Positions 8,576-18,156 of a DNA stretch of 36,346 nt are shown here, in pieces. Origin of the DNA: Fimbriimonadia bacterium (GTDB lineage: Bacteria; Armatimonadota; Fimbriimonadia; Fimbriimonadales; JABRVX01); NCBI GenBank assembly GCA_041483895.1, contig JBGPGO010000026.1, positions 1 through 36,346 on the forward strand. Direction: 5' to 3'. Made by a program: the position numbers and the translations under genes. The first letter of the stretch is position 1; each line of letters starts with the position of its first letter. The notes under the pieces were generated by a model. That model saw only the letters and a program-made list of their open reading frames with translations. It did no database searches and was not told where the DNA came from.

Positions 8576-9444
8576 GGCCGCTCCACAAACTCCCATTTGC
8601 GGCGATTGAAATAAGTGTATCCGGCCCAGAAGGTGAGTATCGAGACTCCCACCGTCACACCCAGCAACCCCCGATCGATGGGCAAGGCCGGGTAGCTCTC
8701 TTTATTCTTCCCGGCGCGAATCTCCACCGGCTGTTGCGGCAGCAGCAGCTTTCGATAGGTGGTCGCGTACATCGCCATCGGGTTTAGATGATAGATCACG
8801 TACACGGTATGCCGGTCTTTCGGCTCCACCAGATGCAGTTTTGCGACGTTCTCACTGAAATAGAAAATCGGGCACAGATAGAACAGCAGGTAGAGGCCGA
8901 CGCCGAGCATGTATTTGACATCTTCATAGAACGTGTTCAGCGCCGCCACAAACAACGCCAGCCCCGCGACGAACAGAAGCTGCGGGATCATGACGAGCGG
9001 AACCAGCACAGCCTTCCACGTAAACGGGCTGACCGCCGGATTGAGCGCCCAAACAACCGCCAAGAAGCCAAAGAACACAACCAGCGCCAGGGCAAAATGA
9101 ACCAGATTGGCCAGCACCGCGCTCAGCGGCAGAATTTCCCGAGGAAAGTAGATTTTCTTGATCAGCGGCATGTGCAGCAAGACGCTTTGGGAGGCATCCA
9201 TGAGGGTCATTTGGAAGAAGATCCAGGGCAGGTAGGCGGCGAACAGATATGCGGAATAGTTGGGGTTGCTGAAGCCCATCACGTACTTGAACACCACGGT
9301 CATCACGCCGATGGTGGCCAACGGATTCAGCAGCGACCAGAAAAAGCCGAGAAGCGAGTTCTTATATCGAACGCGTAGGTCCCGAACGACAAAGGTGAGA
9401 AGCAACTCGCGATAGCGCCAAAGCTCTTTGAGTTCAGCCAGCAT
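8572..9444 (-). CDS. ABC-2 polysaccharide export permease (Wzm-like)
   Basis: Motifs RDLRVRYKNSLLGFFWSLLNP, LIKKIYFPRE, PIFY, LNPM. Confidence 0.92.
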   Translation of the reverse strand: MLAELKELWRYRELLLTFVVRDLRVRYKNSLLGFFWSLLNPLATIGVMTVVFKYVMGFSNPNYSAYLFAAYLPWIFFQMTLMDASQSVLLHMPLIKKIYFPREILPLSAVLANLVHFALALVVFFGFLAVVWALNPAVSPFTWKAVLVPLVMIPQLLFVAGLALFVAALNTFYEDVKYMLGVGLYLLFYLCPIFYFSENVAKLHLVEPKDRHTVYVIYHLNPMAMYATTYRKLLLPQQPVEIRAGKNKESYPALPIDRGLLGVTVGVSILTFWAGYTYFNRRKWEFVERP

Positions 9445-9640
9445 CGTGCGGCGTTCGGCGACTCAAGCGGGCCGGCTCCAGCAGCCCCAGCAATTCGCGA
9501 CGCTGGATCAGCACTCGCCGGCGTCCGGCCACGCGATACGCCGGCAACGCCCCCTGTCGGATATACGATCGAATGCTCGACTGACTCAATTGCAAGAACT
9601 GCGCCGCTTGCGCGACGGTCAAGAAATCATCATTTTCCAT
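9434..9640 (-). CDS. Excisionase-family helix-turn-helix (HTH_17) protein
   Basis: FLTVAQAAQFLQLSQSSIRSYIRQGALPAYRV..RRVLI. SD aaggga before ATG 9640. Confidence 0.85.
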   Translation of the reverse strand: MENDDFLTVAQAAQFLQLSQSSIRSYIRQGALPAYRVAGRRRVLIQRRELLGLLEPARLSRRTPHDAG

Positions 9641-9677
9641 GGATCCCTTACTCCCGAAAACAAAAAGCAACGTCCAC

Positions 9678-9706
9678 ATCATAGTCTAATTCTCAACGAT
9701 TGTCAA
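9678..9706 (-). promoter_or_regulatory. Sigma70 promoter for HTH-wzm-wzt
   Basis: TTGACA-17 nt-TATGAT on the minus strand. Confidence 0.7.
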
Positions 9707-9761
9707 TAACTAATCTGTGTAATCAGTAAATCAGACTGTTTGCGACTGAGTAGAATTGGCT

Positions 9762-10139
9762 ATGGAAAAGAGTCTTGACGATTTTGTGGCGGAAGCTCTT
9801 GCGGTTGTGCCGGAGCTGACTCCTGACCAGGTGAACCAACGGCTAGCGGCCGGGTATCTGCTCTTGGACGTCCGGGAGCCGGAGGAATTTGAGGCTGGGA
9901 GGCTTCCTGGAGCCATCAATATTCCCCGCGGAATGGTGGAGGTTCGGGCGGATCGGGAGCACCATAAGAAGGATGAGCGTCTCCAAGATCGGTCCCAACG
10001 GATCATTTGCTACTGCGGCGGGGGTTATCGGAGCGCTTTGGCTGCCAAGGCGCTAAAGGAGATGGGTTTTGGTGAGGTCTATTCCATGGCTGGGGGCTGG
10101 CGAGGCTGGACGGAGCGGGGATTGCCGACGGAAGAATAG
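9762..10139 (+). CDS. Rhodanese-like domain protein
   Basis: Motifs LDVREPEEF..GRLPGA, YCGGGYRS, MAGGW..W. TAGAAT lies 5 nt upstream of the ATG. Confidence 0.92.
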   Translation: MEKSLDDFVAEALAVVPELTPDQVNQRLAAGYLLLDVREPEEFEAGRLPGAINIPRGMVEVRADREHHKKDERLQDRSQRIICYCGGGYRSALAAKALKEMGFGEVYSMAGGWRGWTERGLPTEE

Positions 10140-10140
10140 G

Positions 10141-10194
10141 ACCCCCACCCAACCCTCCCCCTTTTCCAGGCTGGCGCCTGGAAAAGGGGGAGGG
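10141..10194 (+). repeat. REP-like palindrome (family A, long stem)
   Basis: Differs from 5114-5167 by one loop base. Confidence 0.85.
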
Positions 10195-10208
10195 CTTTCT
10201 GGAAATCA

Positions 10209-10286
10209 TGGTCGGGGCGACTGGACTCGAACCAGCGGCCTCATGCACCCCATGCATGCGCGCTAACCAAACTGCGCCACGCCCCG
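10209..10286 (-). tRNA. tRNA-Pro(GGG)
   Basis: cggggcg/cgccccg acceptor stem, catgc-atGGGgt-gcatg anticodon arm, ggttcgagtcc T arm and encoded CCA. Confidence 0.97.
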
Positions 10287-10341
10287 ACGCTCTATCGGTA
10301 GGATGACACATTTGGCTCCCAGTCGTCCATTGCCCGCGAAC

Positions 10342-12075
10342 CTACGGATCCCCAGTCTGGCGAAAACGAAGGAGTACGATGGCGATGTCGGCTCCCGTGA
10401 CCGCCATATCACCATCCAAATCGCCCATCAGGTCGGACGAATCGCTTGTCAGAAGGACCTCGTTCAGGTCCCTCAGATCAACGGCATTGTCGTCGGTCGC
10501 GTCTCCATTGACGAACAGGTAATTGGCGCTCAGAATATCTCCTCCGCGGGTGTCCAAAGCATGCGTGATGCGGAGCCAATGCAGGTGCTTGGATGAGATT
10601 TCCAAATCTCCAGGCGGGGCATGGATCGTATAGCGGTGGTTCGTCGCGATGGTCACAAGCCGGATATCGGCGACCGTTGCTCCATTGAACTTGACCCGCA
10701 TGCCCAATTTTGTCGGGAACGTCCAATTCGGGCTCACTTGGTCAAAAGTAATGAGGCCCGAAATCGTTCGCAGCGGGGTCCATTCGCAGACGAACACGTC
10801 ATCGACATTGTTCGTATCATTGGGAACAATCAGGCTGGTATAAGTATGAAACGCAACAAACCGGCCATCGCGGCTGATTACCGGCGAGAATCCCGTACCC
10901 TCTTCCCAGACCGTGGAAAATGACGCGTGGGCAGTGATCCCCAGGGTTCTGTCACGGACAAAAACGTCAACAGAGGTTCCGTTTGTGCCGCCAGTCACAA
11001 AATTGGTGGCCATACTCGCGAATACCACGTATCGCCCGTCCCCGTTCATTTCCAGCGTCCCGTACAGTGAATTGTTATCCCCCTGAATCCCCGTTGAGGA
11101 CACGGAAACCCGCTCTGTCGTGCCCATCAGGCGATCCCGTACAAAGATGTCATCCCGCTGATTGGAATCTCCGGGGACAAGATTAGAAGCTCGGCTCCAA
11201 AAGGATGCAAAGCGACCGTCTGCGCTCATCCCGCCGCTGTAGCTGAGATTATTCGCTTGAAGGCCGAGCGACGACAGGGAAACAAGTTCTGTGGTTCCAA
11301 GCTGCCGGTCTCGCACAAACGCGTCATCAAATCCGTTAGTGTCGCTTTGAACCAGGTCCTTGGCGTTGCTGTCGAACAAAACGAAGCGGCCGTCGGAGCT
11401 GATCCGGGGGTTATTGCTGAAGCTGTTTCCCGGACCCCCGGTAATCGAAATTGAAATCAGTTCTGTCGTGCCCATTTGGCGATCGCGCACGAAGATATCC
11501 GCATGCTGATTCGTATCGTTCGCGACGAAAATTGTCGCATCGCTTTCGAATGCAACAAATCGTGCGTCGTCACTGAGGCCAATGCTGTAATACCCCGATA
11601 GTAGATTGCCCTGGTCTCCGGTCGAACTGACCGAGACCCGCTCGGTGGTTCCAAGCTGCCGGTCGCGCAAGAATACGTCATAAGTTCCGTTCGTATCGTT
11701 CGAAACGAGATTAGAGGCCTTGCTGATGAACGCAACGTAACGGCCATTCGGGGTCATTCGGATTCCGGAAAGGTCACATGGGCCGTTCGCCTCTTGTCCA
11801 GATGTGGACACCGAAACGCGTTCTGTTATTCCCAGAACCGTATCCCGAACAAATGCGTCGAATACGCCGTTGGTATCGTTCGGGACAAGGTTCGTCGCGG
11901 CACTGTAGAATGCAATGAACATTCCGTCACCGCTGATTGCCTGATAGTGACTGGGCCGGTCGCCTTGTTCGCCGCCGCTGGATATTGAGACACGCTTTAT
12001 CGTTCCCAACTGGCCGAAGGCAGTGGAAGCAAGAAGAAACGCCATTACAAACGTCAATCCCCAAAACCGGATCAA
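10342..12075 (-). CDS. Secreted TolB-like/PD40 repeat beta-propeller protein with C-terminal dockerin-like Ca-binding repeats
   Basis: Signal peptide and about 7 repeats of S.DGRFVAF.S.A.NLV..DTN...DVFVRDR..GTTERVSV. C-terminal GDATDDNAVDLRD and GDLDGD..V...D. SD ggagg. Confidence 0.85.
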   Translation of the reverse strand: MIRFWGLTFVMAFLLASTAFGQLGTIKRVSISSGGEQGDRPSHYQAISGDGMFIAFYSAATNLVPNDTNGVFDAFVRDTVLGITERVSVSTSGQEANGPCDLSGIRMTPNGRYVAFISKASNLVSNDTNGTYDVFLRDRQLGTTERVSVSSTGDQGNLLSGYYSIGLSDDARFVAFESDATIFVANDTNQHADIFVRDRQMGTTELISISITGGPGNSFSNNPRISSDGRFVLFDSNAKDLVQSDTNGFDDAFVRDRQLGTTELVSLSSLGLQANNLSYSGGMSADGRFASFWSRASNLVPGDSNQRDDIFVRDRLMGTTERVSVSSTGIQGDNNSLYGTLEMNGDGRYVVFASMATNFVTGGTNGTSVDVFVRDRTLGITAHASFSTVWEEGTGFSPVISRDGRFVAFHTYTSLIVPNDTNNVDDVFVCEWTPLRTISGLITFDQVSPNWTFPTKLGMRVKFNGATVADIRLVTIATNHRYTIHAPPGDLEISSKHLHWLRITHALDTRGGDILSANYLFVNGDATDDNAVDLRDLNEVLLTSDSSDLMGDLDGDMAVTGADIAIVLLRFRQTGDP

Positions 12076-12455
12076 AGCCAGTCCTCCGTGTGCCGAGCCG
12101 TCCCGCCCGAATCGGGAGGTCGAAAGGTGGAGCCAAACGACCTCCCGCCGAGTCCATCCGCCGGCCCGAAGCCCTGAGTTCCGCGATATTTGACTGGTCA
12201 GAGTGAAACACGGGACACAATCTGGCCTCGAGCCGGTCCACTGTCAGGGGTTAGCCTTAGATCGGACGTTAGGTCCGAGTTGGCAAAAAAACGCATTTGA
12301 AGACAAAACGAAACAAACTTCGATTCGCACGAACTCCCACGGATTTTGACACCATTCGTATTCAGTTAGTTCCGCTATAATGTAACAAACGTATCAGTTC
12401 GAGACAATCCCAGACCTAATACCAGTTCCCTTGGGTCGGCGGGTAGAATCTTGGA

Positions 12456-13682
12456 ATGCAGGCCATTTCCGCCATCTCCGTCCCCGGTCTAACAGAACTC
12501 ACACGCGGCAAGGTTCGCCACATGTTCGATCTGGGAGACACGCTGCTGATGGTGGCGTCCGATCGGCTTTCCGCGTTCGACGTGGTGATGCCGACCGGGA
12601 TTCCGTTCAAGGGGCACGTTCTCACTCAACTCAGTGAGTTTTGGTTCGATTTCTTGAATTCCGAAGAGACCGCAAAGCGGAAAGCGGAACTCGCAGGCCA
12701 CCGATTTGTCGATCTCGACGCAATTCAAATCGATGAGACTGTCGCTCATTTGGTAGACGAGGAATTTGCAATTGCCAACGATTTGGTGCCTTTTCGCACG
12801 GACGGAGACAACCTTTGGGTCGCCATGGACAGCGCCAACAATTTGTACGCCATCGATACCGTCCGAGTGAAAACCGGAATGCGCGTCATTCCCGCAATTG
12901 CAACGAGGGAGGCAATTCAGCGAGCCATCGCCGGGCAGTCCGGTGAGTATCCGACCTCTCACCACCCGATTGCGCATCACATGATCACCAATTATTGGCC
13001 CGCTGTCGCCCAAGCCATCCAGGATGCCGGCGGAGAGCCGCTGCCTGAGTTGGCGGGTCGGTCGATGGTCGTCAAGAAGGCCAAACCGGTGATGCTGGAG
13101 TGCGTCGTGAGAGGTTATATCACCGGATCGCTCTGGAAAGAATATCGCCAGGCCGGCGGGCCGGAGCAGGCTGTCGATCTGCATGGCTACGAATTCCCAT
13201 CAGGACTGCGCGACTCGGACCGTTTGCCACGCCCCATCTTCACCCCCGCCACCAAGGCCAGCGACGGTCACGACCAAAACATCGGCGTGAAGGAGGCGGC
13301 GTATCTCGTTGGCGTGGACCTGGTGCGCGAGCTGGAAAGCCGGTCCATCGACGTTTATGCGCGCGCCGACGCCTACGCCGGATCGAGGGGCCTCATCCTC
13401 GCGGACACAAAATTCGAATTCGGACATCACAGCGGCGAACTGATGCTGATTGATGAGGTCTTGACGCCCGACTCGTCTCGCTATTGGGATGCCGAACTGT
13501 ACCAGCCCGGCAAGACGCAGCCGAGTTTCGACAAGCAGTTCGTCCGCGACTATCTGGAGACGCTGGATTGGGACAAGACCCCGCCCGGACCGGAGCTGCC
13601 GGACGACGTGGTCCGCGGCACGACCGAGCGGTATCTGGAGGCGTTTCGCCGGCTGACCGGCCACGGATTGAGGGACGTATGA
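12456..13682 (+). CDS. purC: SAICAR synthetase with an inserted GspE/PilB N-terminal-like domain
   Basis: Motifs GKVR, SDRLSAFD, ECVVRGY..GS, FTPATKA..GHD, DTKFEFG, DEVLTPDSSR, DKQFVR. About 100 extra residues at aa 68-170. Confidence 0.95.
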   Translation: MQAISAISVPGLTELTRGKVRHMFDLGDTLLMVASDRLSAFDVVMPTGIPFKGHVLTQLSEFWFDFLNSEETAKRKAELAGHRFVDLDAIQIDETVAHLVDEEFAIANDLVPFRTDGDNLWVAMDSANNLYAIDTVRVKTGMRVIPAIATREAIQRAIAGQSGEYPTSHHPIAHHMITNYWPAVAQAIQDAGGEPLPELAGRSMVVKKAKPVMLECVVRGYITGSLWKEYRQAGGPEQAVDLHGYEFPSGLRDSDRLPRPIFTPATKASDGHDQNIGVKEAAYLVGVDLVRELESRSIDVYARADAYAGSRGLILADTKFEFGHHSGELMLIDEVLTPDSSRYWDAELYQPGKTQPSFDKQFVRDYLETLDWDKTPPGPELPDDVVRGTTERYLEAFRRLTGHGLRDV

Positions 13683-13756
13683 CAAAAGTGGTCTGCGAGA
13701 TGCCCGAAGGGCGCATCATCATCTACTACTGGTTCGACGATGAAGATAGCTCCTGA
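13679..13756 (+). CDS. Putative 25-aa microprotein
   Basis: MTKVVCEMPEGRIIIYYWFDDEDSS. ATGA overlap with the purC stop, gaggga SD, and overlap with the next start. Confidence 0.5.
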   Translation: MTKVVCEMPEGRIIIYYWFDDEDSS

Positions 13757-14552
13757 GAAATGGCTCGAACGGCAGCGCCGATGCTGGGACTATGCCGCGA
13801 AGGGGTGCGCGGAGCTTGGGGATTGGCTGGAACATCACTACGAACCGGTCACCCAGGCTATGCTCCGGTTGGCCCCACCTGTCCCCGGCGGCAGCGCGGT
13901 GGAACTGGCGTGCGGGACCGGGCTTCTATCGCGGCGGCTGGCCCAGATGACCGGATCCGTCTTGGGCCTAGACATCTCACCGGAGATGATCGCACATACC
14001 CGGCCAGCCCCAAACGTGCGATACGAGGGCCGATCGGCGGAGGAGCCGATCGAAGGGAAGTTCGACCGAGCGTATTCTCGCTTTGGAATCATGTTTTGCC
14101 CGGATGTGCCGCTCGTCTTACGGAACGTTGCGGCGGCGGTCAACCCCAGAGGACTGTTCGCTTTCGCCGTCTGGGGGCCCGCGTCGCAGAACCAGTGGGC
14201 GGAAGCGGTGGCGGGTCCGCTGCTTCGTTATCACGGGCTGGAGTCGCCCGGCCCGGAAGACCCAAACGCCTTTCGGCTTGATGACCCGGCCGAGGTCCTG
14301 ATGATGCTTCGGTCTGCCGGATGGTCGCCGATAGCCTGCGAACCAGTTCTCGTGCTGGGGTGGGGAGAGGGCGGCCCGGCGATGACCTGGGAGCGACTGC
14401 AAAAGACCGCCGGACCTATCGGGACGCTCTGGGAGCGCACCCCGAATGAGGACAGGCCAAACGTGGAAAAAGAGATTTTAGCGGCGCTGGACGCCATCCC
14501 ACCCGGCGGTTTGACCGGGGTGGCGTGGGTTTATGCGGCCCAGAAATCATAG
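13740..14552 (+). CDS. Class I SAM-dependent methyltransferase
   Basis: Motifs VELACGTG, GLDISPEM, FD...SRFGIMF.PD. Confidence 0.9.
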   Translation: MKIAPEKWLERQRRCWDYAAKGCAELGDWLEHHYEPVTQAMLRLAPPVPGGSAVELACGTGLLSRRLAQMTGSVLGLDISPEMIAHTRPAPNVRYEGRSAEEPIEGKFDRAYSRFGIMFCPDVPLVLRNVAAAVNPRGLFAFAVWGPASQNQWAEAVAGPLLRYHGLESPGPEDPNAFRLDDPAEVLMMLRSAGWSPIACEPVLVLGWGEGGPAMTWERLQKTAGPIGTLWERTPNEDRPNVEKEILAALDAIPPGGLTGVAWVYAAQKS

Positions 14553-14617
14553 TCGCTACCTTGGTAATTCGATACAACGTATGCTATATTGAAACAAGAT
14601 TGAATCAGGACAGCAAT

Positions 14618-14869
14618 ATGAACCATCAAACTCACCGACAATCTTTGTCAATGGCAGGAAGAATCGGCTCATTCTTTTCGCGGCTGTTTGGCAGGCAGCC
14701 AATCAGCGCACGTATGACTGATCCAAAGGCGATCTTGAGAGAGCCGTTCGTTCAGCGCGGCATCGCTGCAAAAAGGGCCCTCGGCGACAATTTGGATGGT
14801 ATCGACGCAAGAGATTTGCTTGTTGAATTAGAGCTTCAGCGCTTTAAAAGTGAGCAAGAGCGGGGATAA
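14618..14869 (+). CDS. Hypothetical protein
   Basis: agga SD then ATG 14618; 83 aa; lower GC. Confidence 0.45.
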   Translation: MNHQTHRQSLSMAGRIGSFFSRLFGRQPISARMTDPKAILREPFVQRGIAAKRALGDNLDGIDARDLLVELELQRFKSEQERG

Positions 14870-14902
14870 CGCCGAAGTTGTGAAGGGCCGACATCGCCAG
14901 GT

Positions 14903-15196
14903 ATGCTTTGTTCGATGCAGCCTGGAGTGCCACGTTATCCGGCAGTAAAATGGACTGATCCGTCACAGGTCCAACTGATTGCCCTTTCCATGAATGATCG
15001 GGTGGAACTTGTGATTCTCTCCCTTACAATCCCCATTGACGGAATGGCGGCAAGCATTCCACTTGTCCAAACCGATGCAACGCTCGAAGGTTTTTTCTAC
15101 TTAGACGCGACGGTGAGGGGCAGTCTTTACCAATTGCTGTACTTCGCTGCTGACAATAGTTATTACATCGTGGATGCGGACTGCCGCAAGTTATAG
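14903..15196 (+). CDS. Hypothetical protein
   Basis: 97-aa ORF with protein-like composition filling the gap before the glycosyltransferase. Confidence 0.5.
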   Translation: MLCSMQPGVPRYPAVKWTDPSQVQLIALSMNDRVELVILSLTIPIDGMAASIPLVQTDATLEGFFYLDATVRGSLYQLLYFAADNSYYIVDADCRKL

Positions 15197-15203
15197 ACGA
15201 ATT

Positions 15204-16421
15204 ATGCGTATTCTCCTCCTCACCGTCTCCGATCTGTGGAAACCGCGCGGCGGATCGCCGATGTACTGTTACAACCGATGGCGGCGCATCGCGAAACGAC
15301 ATCAGATTACCGCTCTGCTCATCGACGTCGACCCGAGCGAAGCGGACCCCGGAATCGATCCGCCGGAAAACTGGTGCGAGAAGGTGTATACAATTCCCGA
15401 TCGCCCTGCAAGTTTTTTTGGGAGATTGGAGCGGAAGATTCGCCGGTCGATGCCATGGAAATCGCGTGAGATGGGATGGTGGATGAACCGCGATGTGGTG
15501 CCGTTGCTGCGACAGCTGTTGGACGAAGGCAATTTCGACATGTTGCACGTTGAGGCGTTCATGATGTGGTGGCCGGTACCAAATAGGGTCAATCTTCCGA
15601 TCAGCTTCACCGCTACCGACATAGTATCGCGCTTTGCCGACAATAATCCGCAGCCCGGCGACAACTGGCTGAACCGACTCTTCGCGAACCAACGTCACAA
15701 GCAGTTGGCGCAATTGGAACCCATCAACTGGCGGCGCGCAAGTCTGATCACAACCGTTACCACCATCGAACGCGACGAAATCGCAAAAGTGGTTCCGAAC
15801 ATACCGGTGGAAGTGATCCAGAACGGCGTGGATTTGAACTATTTCTCGCGCAGCGATGAGCCCGTCGCCGACCCGCCGGAACTGTGTTTCACTGGCATGA
15901 TGTCCTACCGCCCGAACATCGACGCGATGGAGTATTTCTGCGGCGAAATTTTGCCGTTGATTCGCAAAGAGGTCCGGGACGTTCGAGTCACGATCGTCGG
16001 CAAAGATCCGTCGCGGGAAGTATTGGACTTGGCGCAGATGCCCGCTGTCGAAGTGACCGGATCGGTGCCAGATGTCCGTCCCTATCTTCGGCGATCAACT
16101 GTGGTCATCGCTCCCGTGCGACTGGGCGCCGGCATGCGAAACAAACACCTAGAGGCGATGGCGATGGCCAAGCCGGTCGTCGCAACCACCTTCTGCGTGG
16201 AAGGCACGATGTGCACCAATGAGAAGGACATCCTGCTCGGCGACGACGCGCAATCTTTTGCAGCCTACACCATCCGTCTGCTAACAGATCCCACGTACCG
16301 GAAGCAAATCGCCGAGGCCGGTTATGAACTTGTCCAGCGCGACTACAAATGGGACGCCAGCGCGAACAAGATGGCGGACCTGCTCGAAGACTGCTTCGCG
16401 CGCTATCGGAAGACCAAGTAG
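15204..16421 (+). CDS. GT4-family glycosyltransferase
   Basis: Motifs NGVD, FTGMMSYRPNIDA, G.VPDVRPYL, GMRNK.LEAMAM.KPVVAT. Confidence 0.92.
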   Translation: MRILLLTVSDLWKPRGGSPMYCYNRWRRIAKRHQITALLIDVDPSEADPGIDPPENWCEKVYTIPDRPASFFGRLERKIRRSMPWKSREMGWWMNRDVVPLLRQLLDEGNFDMLHVEAFMMWWPVPNRVNLPISFTATDIVSRFADNNPQPGDNWLNRLFANQRHKQLAQLEPINWRRASLITTVTTIERDEIAKVVPNIPVEVIQNGVDLNYFSRSDEPVADPPELCFTGMMSYRPNIDAMEYFCGEILPLIRKEVRDVRVTIVGKDPSREVLDLAQMPAVEVTGSVPDVRPYLRRSTVVIAPVRLGAGMRNKHLEAMAMAKPVVATTFCVEGTMCTNEKDILLGDDAQSFAAYTIRLLTDPTYRKQIAEAGYELVQRDYKWDASANKMADLLEDCFARYRKTK

Positions 16422-17968
16422 GTCCCGATCAACCCAACCACGCACGCGCCGGCCCATATCGGCCATCGTTTCAATAATGGCACGCCGGTCATCGGCTCTT
16501 CCTGATACGGCGCGCCACTGTCCATCTGCGCTTGACTCGGGGCCGGCGTTGCCACGGAAACAACGACGAATAGGATGAGCGCGACAAGCGCCGCCCATGC
16601 CACGGCATAGAACGGATTCCCAAGCCAATTTGGGATAACTTGCTTCATCGCCGGGGCAAGATAATCGAGATAGAGAAGCGTTCCGACACCGCCAATATAC
16701 GCCGCGATTGCGCCGGACAGGTTCGCTCTCTTCCACCAGATGCCGCCCAAAAACAGCACAACCGCCGGCGCGGCGGCGAAGGAATAGCCCTTTTGCAAGT
16801 GGACATAGATGGATTCCAAATTCTGTAGAAACTGAGCCAACACCAGCCCAATGGCGATGATGAAAAATCCGACGATCTTGCCGATTCGAATGGACGCGGC
16901 ATCGGAAGTTTTCGGATTGATCAGTGGTATGTGAATATCCTTAACGTAGAGCGTGCTCGCCGAGTTGAGCGCCCCTTCAATGTGCGACATCATGGCGGCA
17001 ATAAACGCCGCGATCACCAGCCCTTTAAAGCCAACGGGCACCAAATGCTGTATCAGCGTCGGATAGGCCAGATCACCATTCTTCAGCGCGGGAAACAGCA
17101 CCAACGCACACATGCCCGGCAACACCAGCATGGGCGGCAGCGTGAATTTCAGCAGCCCGGCCCCCAGCGCTCCCAATCGCCCTTCATTGATCGACTTCGC
17201 GCCCAACACGCGTTGCAAGATCATTTGATTCGTCGCCCAATACCAGATACCGAGAACGAGCAGGCCTGTCGGCAAAGTCGGCCACGGCATCACCGGATGA
17301 TTCGTTGGCTGTATGGCGGAGAAATACGCATGAGGAAGTTGCTGCTGCAATGCCCCCCAGCCCCCGACCTCATGGAGCGAAGCAAAGCCCAAGTACAATC
17401 CACCGACCAAGATGAATGCGGCCTGCATGAAGTCCGCATAAATCACCGCACGCAAGCCCCCGGCTACCGTGTAGACGCCCGTGAGCACTCCGAGAACAAG
17501 AAATATCGTCGTATGATCCAAAGGGGTTACCGTGGCGAGAAGCAGAGAGGAGGCATAGAGAACCGTCGGGACTTCGACGAGAACGTAAATCAGTATGCTG
17601 ATGATGCTGTAAATGACTCGCGCGGACGGGCCGTAACGGCGGTCCAAAAACTCCGGCAGAGTAACGATCCGATTTCGCAAATAGACCGGCAGCAGCCAAA
17701 GCACCAAGATGAGGACGCAAACGACGGCAACCCATTGGAAATTGCTGAATAAAAGCCCCGACGTATAACCATTGCCCGCAGCCCCGATGAACGCCGTAGA
17801 CGACATGTCTGTGGCAAACAGCGACGCCATGATCATGAACCACGGAACCGACCGCCCGGCAAGAAAGTAATCGTCCGAAGTCTTTTGCCGCTTCCGAAAA
17901 ACCACAACACCAATTCCGGCAAGCAACACGAAGTACAAAACTATCGTCGCGATATCGCGAATGTCCAT
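16403..17968 (-). CDS. Sodium:solute symporter (SSS family, sugar-type)
   Basis: Motifs DYFLAGRS, TLPEFL.RRY, YT..GGLRAV.Y.D, WYWATNQ...QR.L.AK, AA.MS....LNS.ST. Confidence 0.93.
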   Translation of the reverse strand: MDIRDIATIVLYFVLLAGIGVVVFRKRQKTSDDYFLAGRSVPWFMIMASLFATDMSSTAFIGAAGNGYTSGLLFSNFQWVAVVCVLILVLWLLPVYLRNRIVTLPEFLDRRYGPSARVIYSIISILIYVLVEVPTVLYASSLLLATVTPLDHTTIFLVLGVLTGVYTVAGGLRAVIYADFMQAAFILVGGLYLGFASLHEVGGWGALQQQLPHAYFSAIQPTNHPVMPWPTLPTGLLVLGIWYWATNQMILQRVLGAKSINEGRLGALGAGLLKFTLPPMLVLPGMCALVLFPALKNGDLAYPTLIQHLVPVGFKGLVIAAFIAAMMSHIEGALNSASTLYVKDIHIPLINPKTSDAASIRIGKIVGFFIIAIGLVLAQFLQNLESIYVHLQKGYSFAAAPAVVLFLGGIWWKRANLSGAIAAYIGGVGTLLYLDYLAPAMKQVIPNWLGNPFYAVAWAALVALILFVVVSVATPAPSQAQMDSGAPYQEEPMTGVPLLKRWPIWAGACVVGLIGTYLVFR

Positions 17969-18156
17969 CCCTGTCCTCCCAGCGTAAATGCGGGATTCGG
18001 GACCGCCCCGCCATCTCCTTCCCTCACCGCGAAAAGAACCTTTTCGCCTTTCGCTACGTCATCTTGTATGTAGTGTAAAATAAGGACAGCCTCAACACAA
18101 GAATGAGGTAAAATAAGAATGGAGGTGATAGAGAAATAAAGGATCCAACAGACAAC

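Noticed and set aside
10209..12075. Integrative element at tRNA-Pro
   Set aside because: No integrase and no duplicated tRNA 3' end found in the window.
12657..12965. c-di-GMP-binding site or intein in the PurC insert
   Set aside because: No RLGxxL motifs of the MshEN nucleotide-binding subdomain, and no intein terminal HN-C/S/T motif.
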